Below, one piece after another: positions 1 to 8,931 of a stretch of 49,773 nucleotides of DNA; the first letter of the stretch is position 1, and every line of letters begins with the position of its first letter. This DNA is from Planctomycetota bacterium. Its GTDB lineage: Bacteria; Planctomycetota; Planctomycetia; Planctomycetales; Planctomycetaceae. The translations under genes and the position numbers were made by a program. The DNA lies in the NCBI GenBank assembly GCA_031429275.1, contig JANOZG010000143.1, forward strand, positions 1-49,773, in the 5' to 3' direction. The notes below the pieces were generated by a model. That model made no database searches. It saw only the letters and a list, made by a program, of their open reading frames with translations, and was not told where the DNA came from.

Positions 1-3000
1 CCTGACTGAAGATAATTCCGCGTTCTGCAACCGTTCCAAAGTCTGCCAATCCAATTCTGTTCCCATCGATCTGGAAGCTGGAAGTTGCAGCGCTTCGAGC
101 AATAAGAATTCCGGTTCCGCCATCCCCGGTGATGACAACATCGTTGTTGATCAAAGCCAGACCCGTATCGGCCGCCAGTTGGTATCGAAAACCTGTTGGT
201 CGACCGCCTGACGTGCCGAGCCCTCCCAGCACACCACCGTCCCCAACGTTCAGCCGATTGTTGGCGACGCGATACTCAAACGTGTCCATAAGAGCTGGAC
301 CATCAAGTCGAACATCTACAGCACCGGCGTTGACTGTCACGTTGTTGAGATTGATCACATTGTTCTGGATTGACAGTTCGACCTGATCGGTCGTTGAGCG
401 AGTTCTGTAGGAGATAGCCTGCGCCTGTTCAGCGGCAACCATGTCGAACTGATTATTCTCGAGGTGTGCTCGAACAGGTCCATTCCAGTCAAACATGAAC
501 GCATTGTCGAAACTTCCCTGAGTAGTACCCTGTACTAAAAGGTCGGCTGTCGTGTCGGCCGTGTCGTTGATGGTAAATGTGTTGCGGAACAGATCTGTCT
601 GGATTGCGGCTCCGTTCGCAGTACCATTGGACTGGGTGATGTTGATCACATCCGTTGTGTTCGAAGTGAAATCGGTGTCCTGAATCAGTACAACAAACGG
701 ATCAATCGCCTGAGCAAACTGGGTGATCGTGTCTGGGTCCAGACGGACCGTATAATCGAGCAACATGGTTTCTCGCCCGGTCAAAGGATCATCGCCATTG
801 TTGTCAAAGATCGAGTTCTGGATATCCAGACCCATCAGATCCTGTGAATCCAGGCCTCGAATATCGTTGTCTACGATCGTTGTCGCCACAAGGGTCAGGC
901 TTTGTTTCACATTACTTCCAAGTCCGGCGACAGCTTCGGTGTTGCGAACTCGGATGCCAAATTCGTTGTTTTCGATCTGCATCGCACGCAATCGAACCCG
1001 TCCAGCATTGCTCAGGAAGACACCAGCAGAATCGTTGTCGTCTGCACCGTTTCCATTGGCACTAATAATGGTTCCGCCATCACCGGCCACGGGATTGATG
1101 GTTGTCGGATCGACGTTGAATGTATTGAACCCGATAGCAGTCTTATTCGTCTCCACCAGGCGGATACCATAGTCCGGCGAGTTGCTGCTTGAGACCTCTC
1201 GCAGATTGATGTTGATACCGGTCTCTTCAATGTCGATTGCCGCAGCGGCATCGGTAATGATGGTACCATCACCGATCCGAATACTCGTATTGTTCAGGCC
1301 GAAGACTCCGATGCCGTCGAAGGAAATCACATCGACTGCACCAAAGCTGACCGCGCCAGTGTTGTCCTGAACATTGATGCCAGCACCGCCGCCGATTCCA
1401 CCTTGAGCGTTATCGATCACAGCACTCTGCATCGAGATGCCGCCCGTATTGTTCGTATAAGAAATTGCCGCGAACTGCGAGGCGATCACATTGTCATTCA
1501 GGATTGTTGTAACAGCGGCGGGTGTGGCACCGAACAGTACGGGGCTTGAAGAATCGGTGATCAAGATGCCTTCCTGAGCACGTCGTGTGATTCGTGTCGC
1601 ACCCCGGAACTGTACAGACCCAGCGTTGTTGTTGATGGCAATTGAGGCCAGATCGGTACCGTCAATGGAAGTGTTGCCCTGAACAATAAAGTCACTTCCG
1701 GCAGCGTTGTTGGCGAGGTTAACACCGTTGCCAAAGCTGCTGCGGCCAGCGGCAGCACCGCTGATCACAAGGTTGTCACGAAACGTCACGGTGCTGCCCG
1801 CTAACTGATCATGGACCGCGACAGCCGATTCCGTGCCAGCGGCGGCACCCAGTCCGTTGATGGTCGTGAGATCAGCAAAAATTGTGCTGCCGGAGGACTG
1901 CGATATGTCGATGCCTTCTGCATTTCGACTTGTGATCAGCAACGGATCTGAGAACGTGATTTGCCCGGACGCATTGTTGATCAGGATTGCCTGCTGTGCT
2001 GAGTTGTCGACCGTGATCGCACCGACTGCAGCGTTTGTCTTGCGAAAGATGTAAGTCCCCGCGCTGTTTAGAATGGCAATACCGTTTCCAGCGCTGTTTG
2101 TAATCGATGCATTGTCGATCGTTGCTGCCCCTCCGGTATTGTTCTGGATCAGAATGCCGCCACCACCGGTTGATGTCAGGTTCGAATTCGACATATCGAC
2201 TCGACCGCCCGTCATGTTTTCGATCGTGACGGCTGGCTGGGACGACGTGTTTGTCAACGCCGCCAGACCAAAGAAGTTCGTTGATCCATTGAGGCCGAAG
2301 TCTGTCGAACCGAAACTCACTGCACCATTGCCACCGTTCACATGAAACAGCGGACCAGTGGCCGTGGCACTGGAAATCAGAGTTGTATTGGTGATCGTTG
2401 TCGTACCGGTCGTATTCTGGAGACTGATCCCGGAAACACCGGCGTTTCGCACAAGAACGTCGTTGATGATCGTGTTGCCAACCCCATTGCTGACGATGCC
2501 ACTGCCTGTTGGACTGTCGATGATGAAGCCAGAGAACTGGCTGCCCTGAGCCATCGTGACCGTGTTTCCAGCCGTGTTAGCCAGAGTTGGTCGCAGGAAA
2601 GCCGGGTTCGCTGCAAATGTTGGAGACTTTGGCAACGCAACCTGCGTCGTTGTCCCAAGCAAGTCAACGGTCACTGATGAATTCGTATTGCGGCCCGGAA
2701 CGATGAGACCTTCGCCAATCACCTGCTGGTTAGGCGCCAGATTGACGATGTTCTGCGGTGCTGCATTGAAATTGCTGCCTGCATGGACAAAAACAATATC
2801 GGTCGCAGCACCCAATCCCTGAGACATTTGAGAGAACGGATCGTTGACTGAGCCGATGAACCCCGGTCCCGTGGCATTGCTGTTGACATGAGCAATCGTC
2901 AGGATGTTTCCGCCTCTTCTCGCCACTTGACCCGCGTTCGCCACGTCCGTGATCGCAGCAGAGACATTTGTGTTGCGTCGAACTGGTTCTCGAAAACGCT

Positions 3001-3877
3001 GGATGGCAGAACGCTTTGTGTGTTCCTGGCTGCTGAATCCACCCATATGCACAATCGCGTTGAACGAAACTGTCGTGTCAAACAGTTTGTCGTCCGTGAC
3101 TTTCACGCCGACTTCCAGCCAGCGGCCAATGTCTGCCTGAACGCGGGATGACCAACCGCTGAATCCCTCAACGTCGGTGCCTTCATAGTGATAACCGCCG
3201 CCGAAAACTTTGAGATCAATCTTTTCTGCCATCTCACCTGGCAGCAGAAAACCAGCTTCAGCGTCAAAACCCTCGAGTGCTTCCGCGACAGAATCGATAC
3301 GTGTAAAAGTAAGATTGTTTCCGGTAAATGCCACGCTGTTCGGATCAACTCTCTGGCTCACCAACGAAGGAGGACTGCCAAACGGCTGGTAGAAGTTTCC
3401 ACGCGCTTCCCATGTGTTGGCCAGCAATTCCGCTCCAACGCCCCATTGCTGCAGGCGAGCGCCAGTCAACTGATCGGCGTTGAAATAGCTGTTCAAACCA
3501 CCGACGACATCCAGATCAGGAAAATAATGGCGATAACCACCGCCAAAACTCCATGCCAGCTCGCCACGGTTTGCCATACCCAGTTGAGCATCCCCGAAGA
3601 GAAGCTCGTTTTCCACATTGAAATACGGCGACAAATTCAGAAGGCTGATCGATTGCTGACGCCCAACTGTCTCGCCTGCGGAGTGCCCAGCCCGAACGGC
3701 CACGCCGAAGCCATCTCGATTGTAATCCACCGTCTCAGACGCCGAACCGCTTGGCGTGCGGCCAAACGTGTAGTCGTCCTGTGACAGAGCTTTGCCGGAA
3801 CCAGCAAGGAGCCCGACCAGAGCAGCAGCTCGGGACAGTTTCTGAAGCCAGCGATTAGGGTTCTGAACGATCTTCAT
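1..3877 (-). CDS. Inverse-autotransporter (type Ve, intimin/invasin-like) adhesin, partial. It has a signal peptide and an N-terminal IAT beta-barrel, followed by a right-handed parallel beta-helix repeat passenger. The C-terminus lies beyond the window start.
   Basis: Absent from the ORF track because it has no stop inside the window. The reverse frame starting at ATG 3877-3875 (GAGGAA, 4-nt spacer) read open to position 1 in my hand translation. All listed minus ORFs in this region are in a different frame. The N-terminus MKIVQNPNRWLQKLSRAAALVGLLAGSGKALSQ looks like a signal peptide. The blocks WSFGGGYRHYF, VGGLNSYFNAD, QWGVGAELLANTWEARGNFYQPFG, GFDAEAGFLLPG and KVFGGGYHYEG follow the IAT_beta (intimin barrel) consensus order as I recall it. 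Downstream are N/T/G/I-rich periodic repeats such as IQNNTGGAATIDNASITNSAGNGIAILNSAG, typical of PbH1 beta-helix proteins. Confidence 0.85.
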   Translation of the reverse strand, partial: MKIVQNPNRWLQKLSRAAALVGLLAGSGKALSQDDYTFGRTPSGSASETVDYNRDGFGVAVRAGHSAGETVGRQQSISLLNLSPYFNVENELLFGDAQLGMANRGELAWSFGGGYRHYFPDLDVVGGLNSYFNADQLTGARLQQWGVGAELLANTWEARGNFYQPFGSPPSLVSQRVDPNSVAFTGNNLTFTRIDSVAEALEGFDAEAGFLLPGEMAEKIDLKVFGGGYHYEGTDVEGFSGWSSRVQADIGRWLEVGVKVTDDKLFDTTVSFNAIVHMGGFSSQEHTKRSAIQRFREPVRRNTNVSAAITDVANAGQVARRGGNILTIAHVNSNATGPGFIGSVNDPFSQMSQGLGAATDIVFVHAGSNFNAAPQNIVNLAPNQQVIGEGLIVPGRNTNSSVTVDLLGTTTQVALPKSPTFAANPAFLRPTLANTAGNTVTMAQGSQFSGFIIDSPTGSGIVSNGVGNTIINDVLVRNAGVSGISLQNTTGTTTITNTTLISSATATGPLFHVNGGNGAVSFGSTDFGLNGSTNFFGLAALTNTSSQPAVTIENMTGGRVDMSNSNLTSTGGGGILIQNNTGGAATIDNASITNSAGNGIAILNSAGTYIFRKTNAAVGAITVDNSAQQAILINNASGQITFSDPLLITSRNAEGIDISQSSGSTIFADLTTINGLGAAAGTESAVAVHDQLAGSTVTFRDNLVISGAAAGRSSFGNGVNLANNAAGSDFIVQGNTSIDGTDLASIAINNNAGSVQFRGATRITRRAQEGILITDSSSPVLFGATPAAVTTILNDNVIASQFAAISYTNNTGGISMQSAVIDNAQGGIGGGAGINVQDNTGAVSFGAVDVISFDGIGVFGLNNTSIRIGDGTIITDAAAAIDIEETGININLREVSSSNSPDYGIRLVETNKTAIGFNTFNVDPTTINPVAGDGGTIISANGNGADDNDSAGVFLSNAGRVRLRAMQIENNEFGIRVRNTEAVAGLGSNVKQSLTLVATTIVDNDIRGLDSQDLMGLDIQNSIFDNNGDDPLTGRETMLLDYTVRLDPDTITQFAQAIDPFVVLIQDTDFTSNTTDVINITQSNGTANGAAIQTDLFRNTFTINDTADTTADLLVQGTTQGSFDNAFMFDWNGPVRAHLENNQFDMVAAEQAQAISYRTRSTTDQVELSIQNNVINLNNVTVNAGAVDVRLDGPALMDTFEYRVANNRLNVGDGGVLGGLGTSGGRPTGFRYQLAADTGLALINNDVVITGDGGTGILIARSAATSSFQIDGNRIGLADFGTVAERGIIFSQ

Positions 3878-4673
3878 GACGTTCCTCAAACCAAGGTCGT
3901 GATCCGCTAGACCGAGCTGGTTTTTGCGACGGATAAGCCGGAGGAGCTTATCCTGAATCACTGGTGCTTGTTGAGTCTCTTCACTGTTCCCAGGACTTCG
4001 AACATCATGTTCGAACCAGAATCCGAGGTCAGCCATGTCGATGAAAAAGTGACGCCATAGTTCGGGCGGAATTTTCCCATCAAGAGACGCCGCCCGTTGT
4101 AACTGTGCCAGAAAACCCGAGCAACAGGGTTTGCAGGGTTAGCCATCCTAATTTTTTACACGATTGACCAACCCGTCAGACACTTCTGCGGAAACCCGAA
4201 ACTCCACTTGTTACCTCGGCAACTTTCGCCTGTTTGGAATCGACCGATCCGTCGCAGCCCCGACAATTTAAGTGTATTTATGAACACTATTCCATCCTGA
4301 ACTGACCGGAGGTCATAAGAGTCGAGTCGGCGGGGGTTTCATTAAGGTCCGTAGTCCACCGAAGGTCGCAGAGCGAGGCATTTCTCAATCTGCCGCCCGC
4401 CACGAGCGAACAGTGCTCGATTTTTCGCGAGAAAACATGTCCTTTCGGCACACCAACGCGAATCTTTTTGAGATGCTCGGAAGTTTCTGATACTCAGACC
4501 TGAGATTGTCAACCGTTCAGCGAATCTACTGGGTCACACAGTGACGGGTATCCTACGATGCCAAGTATCAATTGAAGCGATCGCTTGCAATAAAACAAGG
4601 CAATTCGATCATCTACGATCGAGTACATGAGATTTCAAAGACTTCAAAACTCAATTCACCTACAGGTTTCCCA

Positions 4674-6686
4674 ATGCGATTCTCCTTGAATTCTATTCCT
4701 CGACCATTTGCAGGTTTTCGATTTCGAACCTGGCTGAGTGTGATGTTCGGTATCGCTTTGATTTGTTCGTTGCGGACAGCAAACGGGCAAACGGCTTCGG
4801 ACGAAAAGCCGACATCAACGAAAAGCGTAGAGAAAGGGTTCAGCCTGATCGCAGAAGGCACACGTCCGCTTGCGACGGTCACTTTCGCGAGTGCGGATCG
4901 CTTTGTTGATGAAGCCCGCTACATTTTTGACGTGGCTGGAACACCAGATTCGTTCAAGATCGTAGAAGACTGGCTGTCAGGAACTATGAACGATCTTGAA
5001 GGCTTCAATCGCACCAAGCCGTTCGGCGTCATGGCTTATTTACCAGCCGTATTCCCCCCGCTCCCACAATTCATTGCGTTCGTGCCGGTGGACTCCGTCG
5101 AAGCGGCCACCAAGCTCGTTGAAAAAGCCCCTGTTGTTATCAGCAAAAAAGACGAAGAAGGCCGTTACGAAGTCATTGGCCCAAATCGATCTTATCCAGT
5201 ATTACTTCGAGATGGCTATGCGTTCATACCGCTCGGAGACAATCCTCCTGCTGAAGCTCTTGACCGCCCATTGCCGAATCCCGCTCAACTGTTGGCAAGT
5301 CAGGCTGAGCAATTTGATTTTTCCTTATGCCTCGATATCGATTCGATCCCCGTCGCCACGCGCGCGTTGTTGATGAACATTATCACGTCCGGAATTTCAA
5401 CTCAGCTTCAGCAGCGAGACGACGAACCAGATGGCGCTTACCGTATTCGGAAAACGGAAGGCCAACGCGGTTTGGAGGCTTTGAATCAGCTGATCATGGA
5501 TTGCCAGAAAATCACGTTTGGAATCGACGTCTTGCAGGCAGAGAACGCTGTCAACATCGACGTTGTGGTTGATGCTCTGGAAGGCACAAAACTACTGCAG
5601 GAGATTCTGCAGTCAACGGAGCGGCCGAGTTACTTTATTCCCTTGCTTGATGAAGACGCCGCCGTTTCCATTTCTATGTCGTCCATGATGGCAGAGCGTG
5701 ACAAGACCGCTTACTCAGAGATGATGGAGGGCGTGCGAATGGAAGTCGCTCGCTTGATCGAAGTCAATAAACTCGGACCAACCCCAGATGAAAACAGTCC
5801 GATTGGCCGTGCCCTTTCAGCGATTCAAAAGAGCCTGGATGTCGGGCACGTAGATGTTTTTTCACAGTTTTACACCGATTCTGAGGGCAAACTGGCGATT
5901 GTTGGAGCCTCACGCGTTGAGGAAGGTGACGATATGGGAGCGGGCTTACTCGACGCCTTAACGCGATTGAAGGACGTTGATGAAATCAAGAAGGCAGGAA
6001 CTCTGCAAATCGGTTCCGGCGAACACCAGGGAATCACTTTTCATCGTTTGATATTTGCAGAGCAGCCACCTGCAGCGGTCGAAGTTTTCGGCAATGAAAT
6101 TGGTATCACCGTAGGCGTTGGGGCGCGTTCGGTCTGGGCAGTCCTTGGCGGAGAATTCTCTTACGGCACCCTGACCAACGTGATGGATGAGCTGGAAGAG
6201 GCAAATCAGTCGCCTCAGGATTACGCGACTCCGCCGAATTTCCGCGTCATCGTCAATGTCAATCAGCTCGTTGAAATGGCGACCAACGCTGGAACTGCTG
6301 GCAGAAAAGCGAATGCTGAAAAAGAATTAGCAGCGAAAGCTAAAAATGAACTGGAAGCAATATCGAAAAATGAGGCGACGCCCGCTGCAGAGGCCGCACC
6401 GCCAACTGCCACACGAAATCGTGGTGGCGGACGTCAGAGCGAAGAACGGGTGGCTCTTCAGGCCCAGCGCCGTGAACAAGGCGAGAAAATCGTCCGCGAT
6501 ACATTGGCTGAGGGTGATGATCGGATTGAGATCGATTCACGGCTTACGGAAACGGGAGCTCGCATGCGAATTCGCCTGGAACAGGGGTTTGTAAAAATCT
6601 TTGGTCGCTTAATCACATTGCGAACTGCAGGTGCTGGTGCAGAAAGCCAAGCCGCCGACAACGTCGAAAAAAAGAAAGACGAATAG
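4674..6686 (+). CDS. Secreted hypothetical protein (about 670 aa) with a K/E/A-rich coiled C-terminal third
   Basis: The track ORF is 4572..6686 with a TTG start. An internal ATG at 4674 gives MRFSLNSIPRPFAGFRFRTWLSVMFGIALICSLRTANGQ, which looks like a signal peptide. I recognised no family motif. Confidence 0.7.
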   Translation: MRFSLNSIPRPFAGFRFRTWLSVMFGIALICSLRTANGQTASDEKPTSTKSVEKGFSLIAEGTRPLATVTFASADRFVDEARYIFDVAGTPDSFKIVEDWLSGTMNDLEGFNRTKPFGVMAYLPAVFPPLPQFIAFVPVDSVEAATKLVEKAPVVISKKDEEGRYEVIGPNRSYPVLLRDGYAFIPLGDNPPAEALDRPLPNPAQLLASQAEQFDFSLCLDIDSIPVATRALLMNIITSGISTQLQQRDDEPDGAYRIRKTEGQRGLEALNQLIMDCQKITFGIDVLQAENAVNIDVVVDALEGTKLLQEILQSTERPSYFIPLLDEDAAVSISMSSMMAERDKTAYSEMMEGVRMEVARLIEVNKLGPTPDENSPIGRALSAIQKSLDVGHVDVFSQFYTDSEGKLAIVGASRVEEGDDMGAGLLDALTRLKDVDEIKKAGTLQIGSGEHQGITFHRLIFAEQPPAAVEVFGNEIGITVGVGARSVWAVLGGEFSYGTLTNVMDELEEANQSPQDYATPPNFRVIVNVNQLVEMATNAGTAGRKANAEKELAAKAKNELEAISKNEATPAAEAAPPTATRNRGGGRQSEERVALQAQRREQGEKIVRDTLAEGDDRIEIDSRLTETGARMRIRLEQGFVKIFGRLITLRTAGAGAESQAADNVEKKKDE

Positions 6687-6979
6687 CACCGGCCGTTGAC
6701 AACGAGCGTCAAATCGCAAACTGGCTGCCCGACAGGGCGTCTCTGTCGAGTTGGCAATGAAAACGTATTGGTCTGCACCTCTTAATAATTCCAGCTGCCG
6801 GGATGCCAGTCACACCAAATACGTTTCAGCCACTCACGTTGTTGCGTGAATTCCGAAGCATTTGCTGCTAACCTCCCGCTTGTTTTGATGGTGATCCAGA
6901 CTGAATCTAAGGTTCAGAAGTTCGCCTGTCAGCAATCGTATTCGTGGGTGTGTGCAGCAGGCAGCGTGAGGTGCAGAGC

Positions 6980-8833
6980 GTGTGGACTCGTCAGATTCCG
7001 TTTCGGGTAGATATTGCCGGCGTGATCGAGATCATGGGATCGTCGTTGTACAGCCGAGTGGACACGCCGATTCGAGAACTGATCCAAAACGCGCATGATG
7101 CCATCATGCGGCGGCGCAGTCGCGATCTGTCCTTTCGTGGGCGGATCGATATTCAGCAAAACGCAACGGCTGGAACTTTGACGTTCAGTGATGATGGGAT
7201 TGGTCTCAACGCAGACGACGCTGAGCAGTTTCTCGGAACGCTGGGAATCGGCATCACGGGATTGCTCAAAGGACGCGGCACTGACGAGCAGCGCGAACCG
7301 ATCAATGGCGATGGCGAACACCTGATCGGTCAATTCGGCATTGGGCTGTTCAGTGCGTTTATGCTGTCCGACAGGCTTGTTGTGGAAAGTCGCCGCGAAG
7401 ACTGGTCAGAAGGAATTCGCTGGGAGGCAGGTCCAGGCACGAATATCACCCTGTCATCCTCCGATCGCACGGAAGTCGGGACGTCTGTAAGCCTGCATCT
7501 GAAGCCGCAGTTTCGAGTCATGTCGGAATCGGCGGAACCGCTTGAGGCAGCCATTCGACAATACGCAGATTTCCTTACTGTTCCCATTCACCTGAACGGC
7601 AGTGCCGCCCGCGTCAATGTGATCAACGTTGCGTGGTTTGACCCGACTCCTGATCCGGAAGCACTGGAACTGGAACTTGCAAACTACTTCAACGAGTCGC
7701 CGCTGGATGTCATTCCGATTCGAGTTGAAAAACCTGCCGCGATTGCCGGGGCGTTGTACATCTCACCTCAGCGCACTCCGGGGTTTGCTGATGAATCGAC
7801 AGTCGCGGTTACCGTGCGGCGGATGGTGATTTCTCGCCGGGTGCGTGATCTGCTGCCGCCGTGGGCGACTTTCCTGCGTGGCGTTTTAGAGCTTGAAGAC
7901 TGTCTGCCAACGGCCAGTCGTGAAGACCTTGTGCGCGATGATCGGTTTCAGATTGTACGTTCAACGTTGAACGAGTTTCTGTTCACACATCTGGAAAAGA
8001 TGGCCGATGAAGAACCTTCGCGGCTGGAAGCGATTGTGAATTGGCATCGCTATCTGCTGGCCGGAGCGGCACTCGCTGAACCTCGCCTGCGTGAAGTTCT
8101 CGCCAAAGTCTATCGCTTTCGGACGTCACGTGGGGCGTTATTGTTTGACGAACTGCTGCAGAAGAGTCTGGCTGACGCACTGCATGAAACGAATGCTGAG
8201 TACGTTATCTGGTACAACGCCGACCGTCGTCAGGAACGATATCTGGATGACGTGTTTTCGGCGAATCCGACGCCGTGCGTACACGTGTTTCGCAGCTTCG
8301 AAGAAAACCTGCTGGCCGCGATGATTGCTGACCAGTCCGGGCGCGAAATTGATCTACGCCCGGCGACTCCTTCATCGGATCATTTTGCCGATTCCGTGAT
8401 GGGCATGAATGAACTGGAAGATGTGCCCGCCGCCTGGGCAGACTTCTTCCGTTCCACTCAGGCGCGAGTGCTCATGGCGTCGTTTGATAAGAATCTGCCA
8501 GTCGTGGCATTTCTGAATGAACGCTATGAGCTGGCTCAGACGTTTGAAGAACTTCGGCGCGACGGCGATATTCCAAAGGGCTTTCAGCGATTGATTGATG
8601 CACATTTTCGTCAGGCACCGACTGGGCAAAACGAAGTCATTCTGAATCGTGAGCATCGGCTTGTGCAGCGAGCGTTCAAACAGGGCGTGAGCAGTCCGCT
8701 GGCAAGTGTACTGCGTTTGCTGGTGTCGAATGCCCTGACGTCAGCCGGGGCGGGGCGAGGAAAAGAAGCGGCGAACGTACAGACCGAAGACCTGGATTGG
8801 ATCGCAGATGCACTGTGGGGAAATGAGCAGTGA
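6980..8833 (+). CDS. Hsp90/HtpG-family ATPase (GHKL fold), a divergent full-length paralog
   Basis: N box IRELIQNAHDAI, G1 box DDGIGL and G2 box GQFGIGLFSAF are present. The middle domain is colinear with E. coli HtpG as recalled (FLRGVLELEDCLPTASREDLV versus [21 protein letters not shown], including the catalytic Arg). The track start is GTG 6944. An in-frame GTG at 6980, preceded by GAGG, aligns the N-terminus with HtpG (SLYS at about residue 23). Confidence 0.85.
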   Translation: MWTRQIPFRVDIAGVIEIMGSSLYSRVDTPIRELIQNAHDAIMRRRSRDLSFRGRIDIQQNATAGTLTFSDDGIGLNADDAEQFLGTLGIGITGLLKGRGTDEQREPINGDGEHLIGQFGIGLFSAFMLSDRLVVESRREDWSEGIRWEAGPGTNITLSSSDRTEVGTSVSLHLKPQFRVMSESAEPLEAAIRQYADFLTVPIHLNGSAARVNVINVAWFDPTPDPEALELELANYFNESPLDVIPIRVEKPAAIAGALYISPQRTPGFADESTVAVTVRRMVISRRVRDLLPPWATFLRGVLELEDCLPTASREDLVRDDRFQIVRSTLNEFLFTHLEKMADEEPSRLEAIVNWHRYLLAGAALAEPRLREVLAKVYRFRTSRGALLFDELLQKSLADALHETNAEYVIWYNADRRQERYLDDVFSANPTPCVHVFRSFEENLLAAMIADQSGREIDLRPATPSSDHFADSVMGMNELEDVPAAWADFFRSTQARVLMASFDKNLPVVAFLNERYELAQTFEELRRDGDIPKGFQRLIDAHFRQAPTGQNEVILNREHRLVQRAFKQGVSSPLASVLRLLVSNALTSAGAGRGKEAANVQTEDLDWIADALWGNEQ

Positions 8834-8842
8834 AAGCCATGG

Positions 8843-8899
8843 AATCCCGTCGGCGGAGCGACGGGTCTACTGTACGCCCGTCGCTCCGCCGACGGGATT
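8843..8899 (+). terminator. Perfect 23-bp GC-rich stem with an 11-nt loop, 10 nt after the HtpG-like stop codon. It could be a terminator, attenuator or REP-like element.
   Basis: AATCCCGTCGGCGGAGCGACGGG (8843-8865) is the exact reverse complement of CCCGTCGCTCCGCCGACGGGATT (8877-8899). It is followed by GATTTGAGATT, which is only a weak U-tract. Confidence 0.5.
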
Positions 8900-8931
8900 G
8901 ATTTGAGATTCAGATTTGAAAAGGCTTGACG

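Noticed and set aside
3188-3784. 198-aa plus-strand ORF (and the other short ORFs listed between 129 and 3784)
   Set aside because: They lie antisense to, or out of frame within, the long open minus-strand frame encoding the inverse-autotransporter adhesin. Their translations are Arg/Ser/Cys-rich with no protein-like pattern.
3958-4146. 62-aa minus-strand ORF upstream of the adhesin gene
   Set aside because: I recognised no motif, it has no convincing RBS spacing, and its composition is unremarkable. It could be a real small protein, but I cannot support it from sequence alone.
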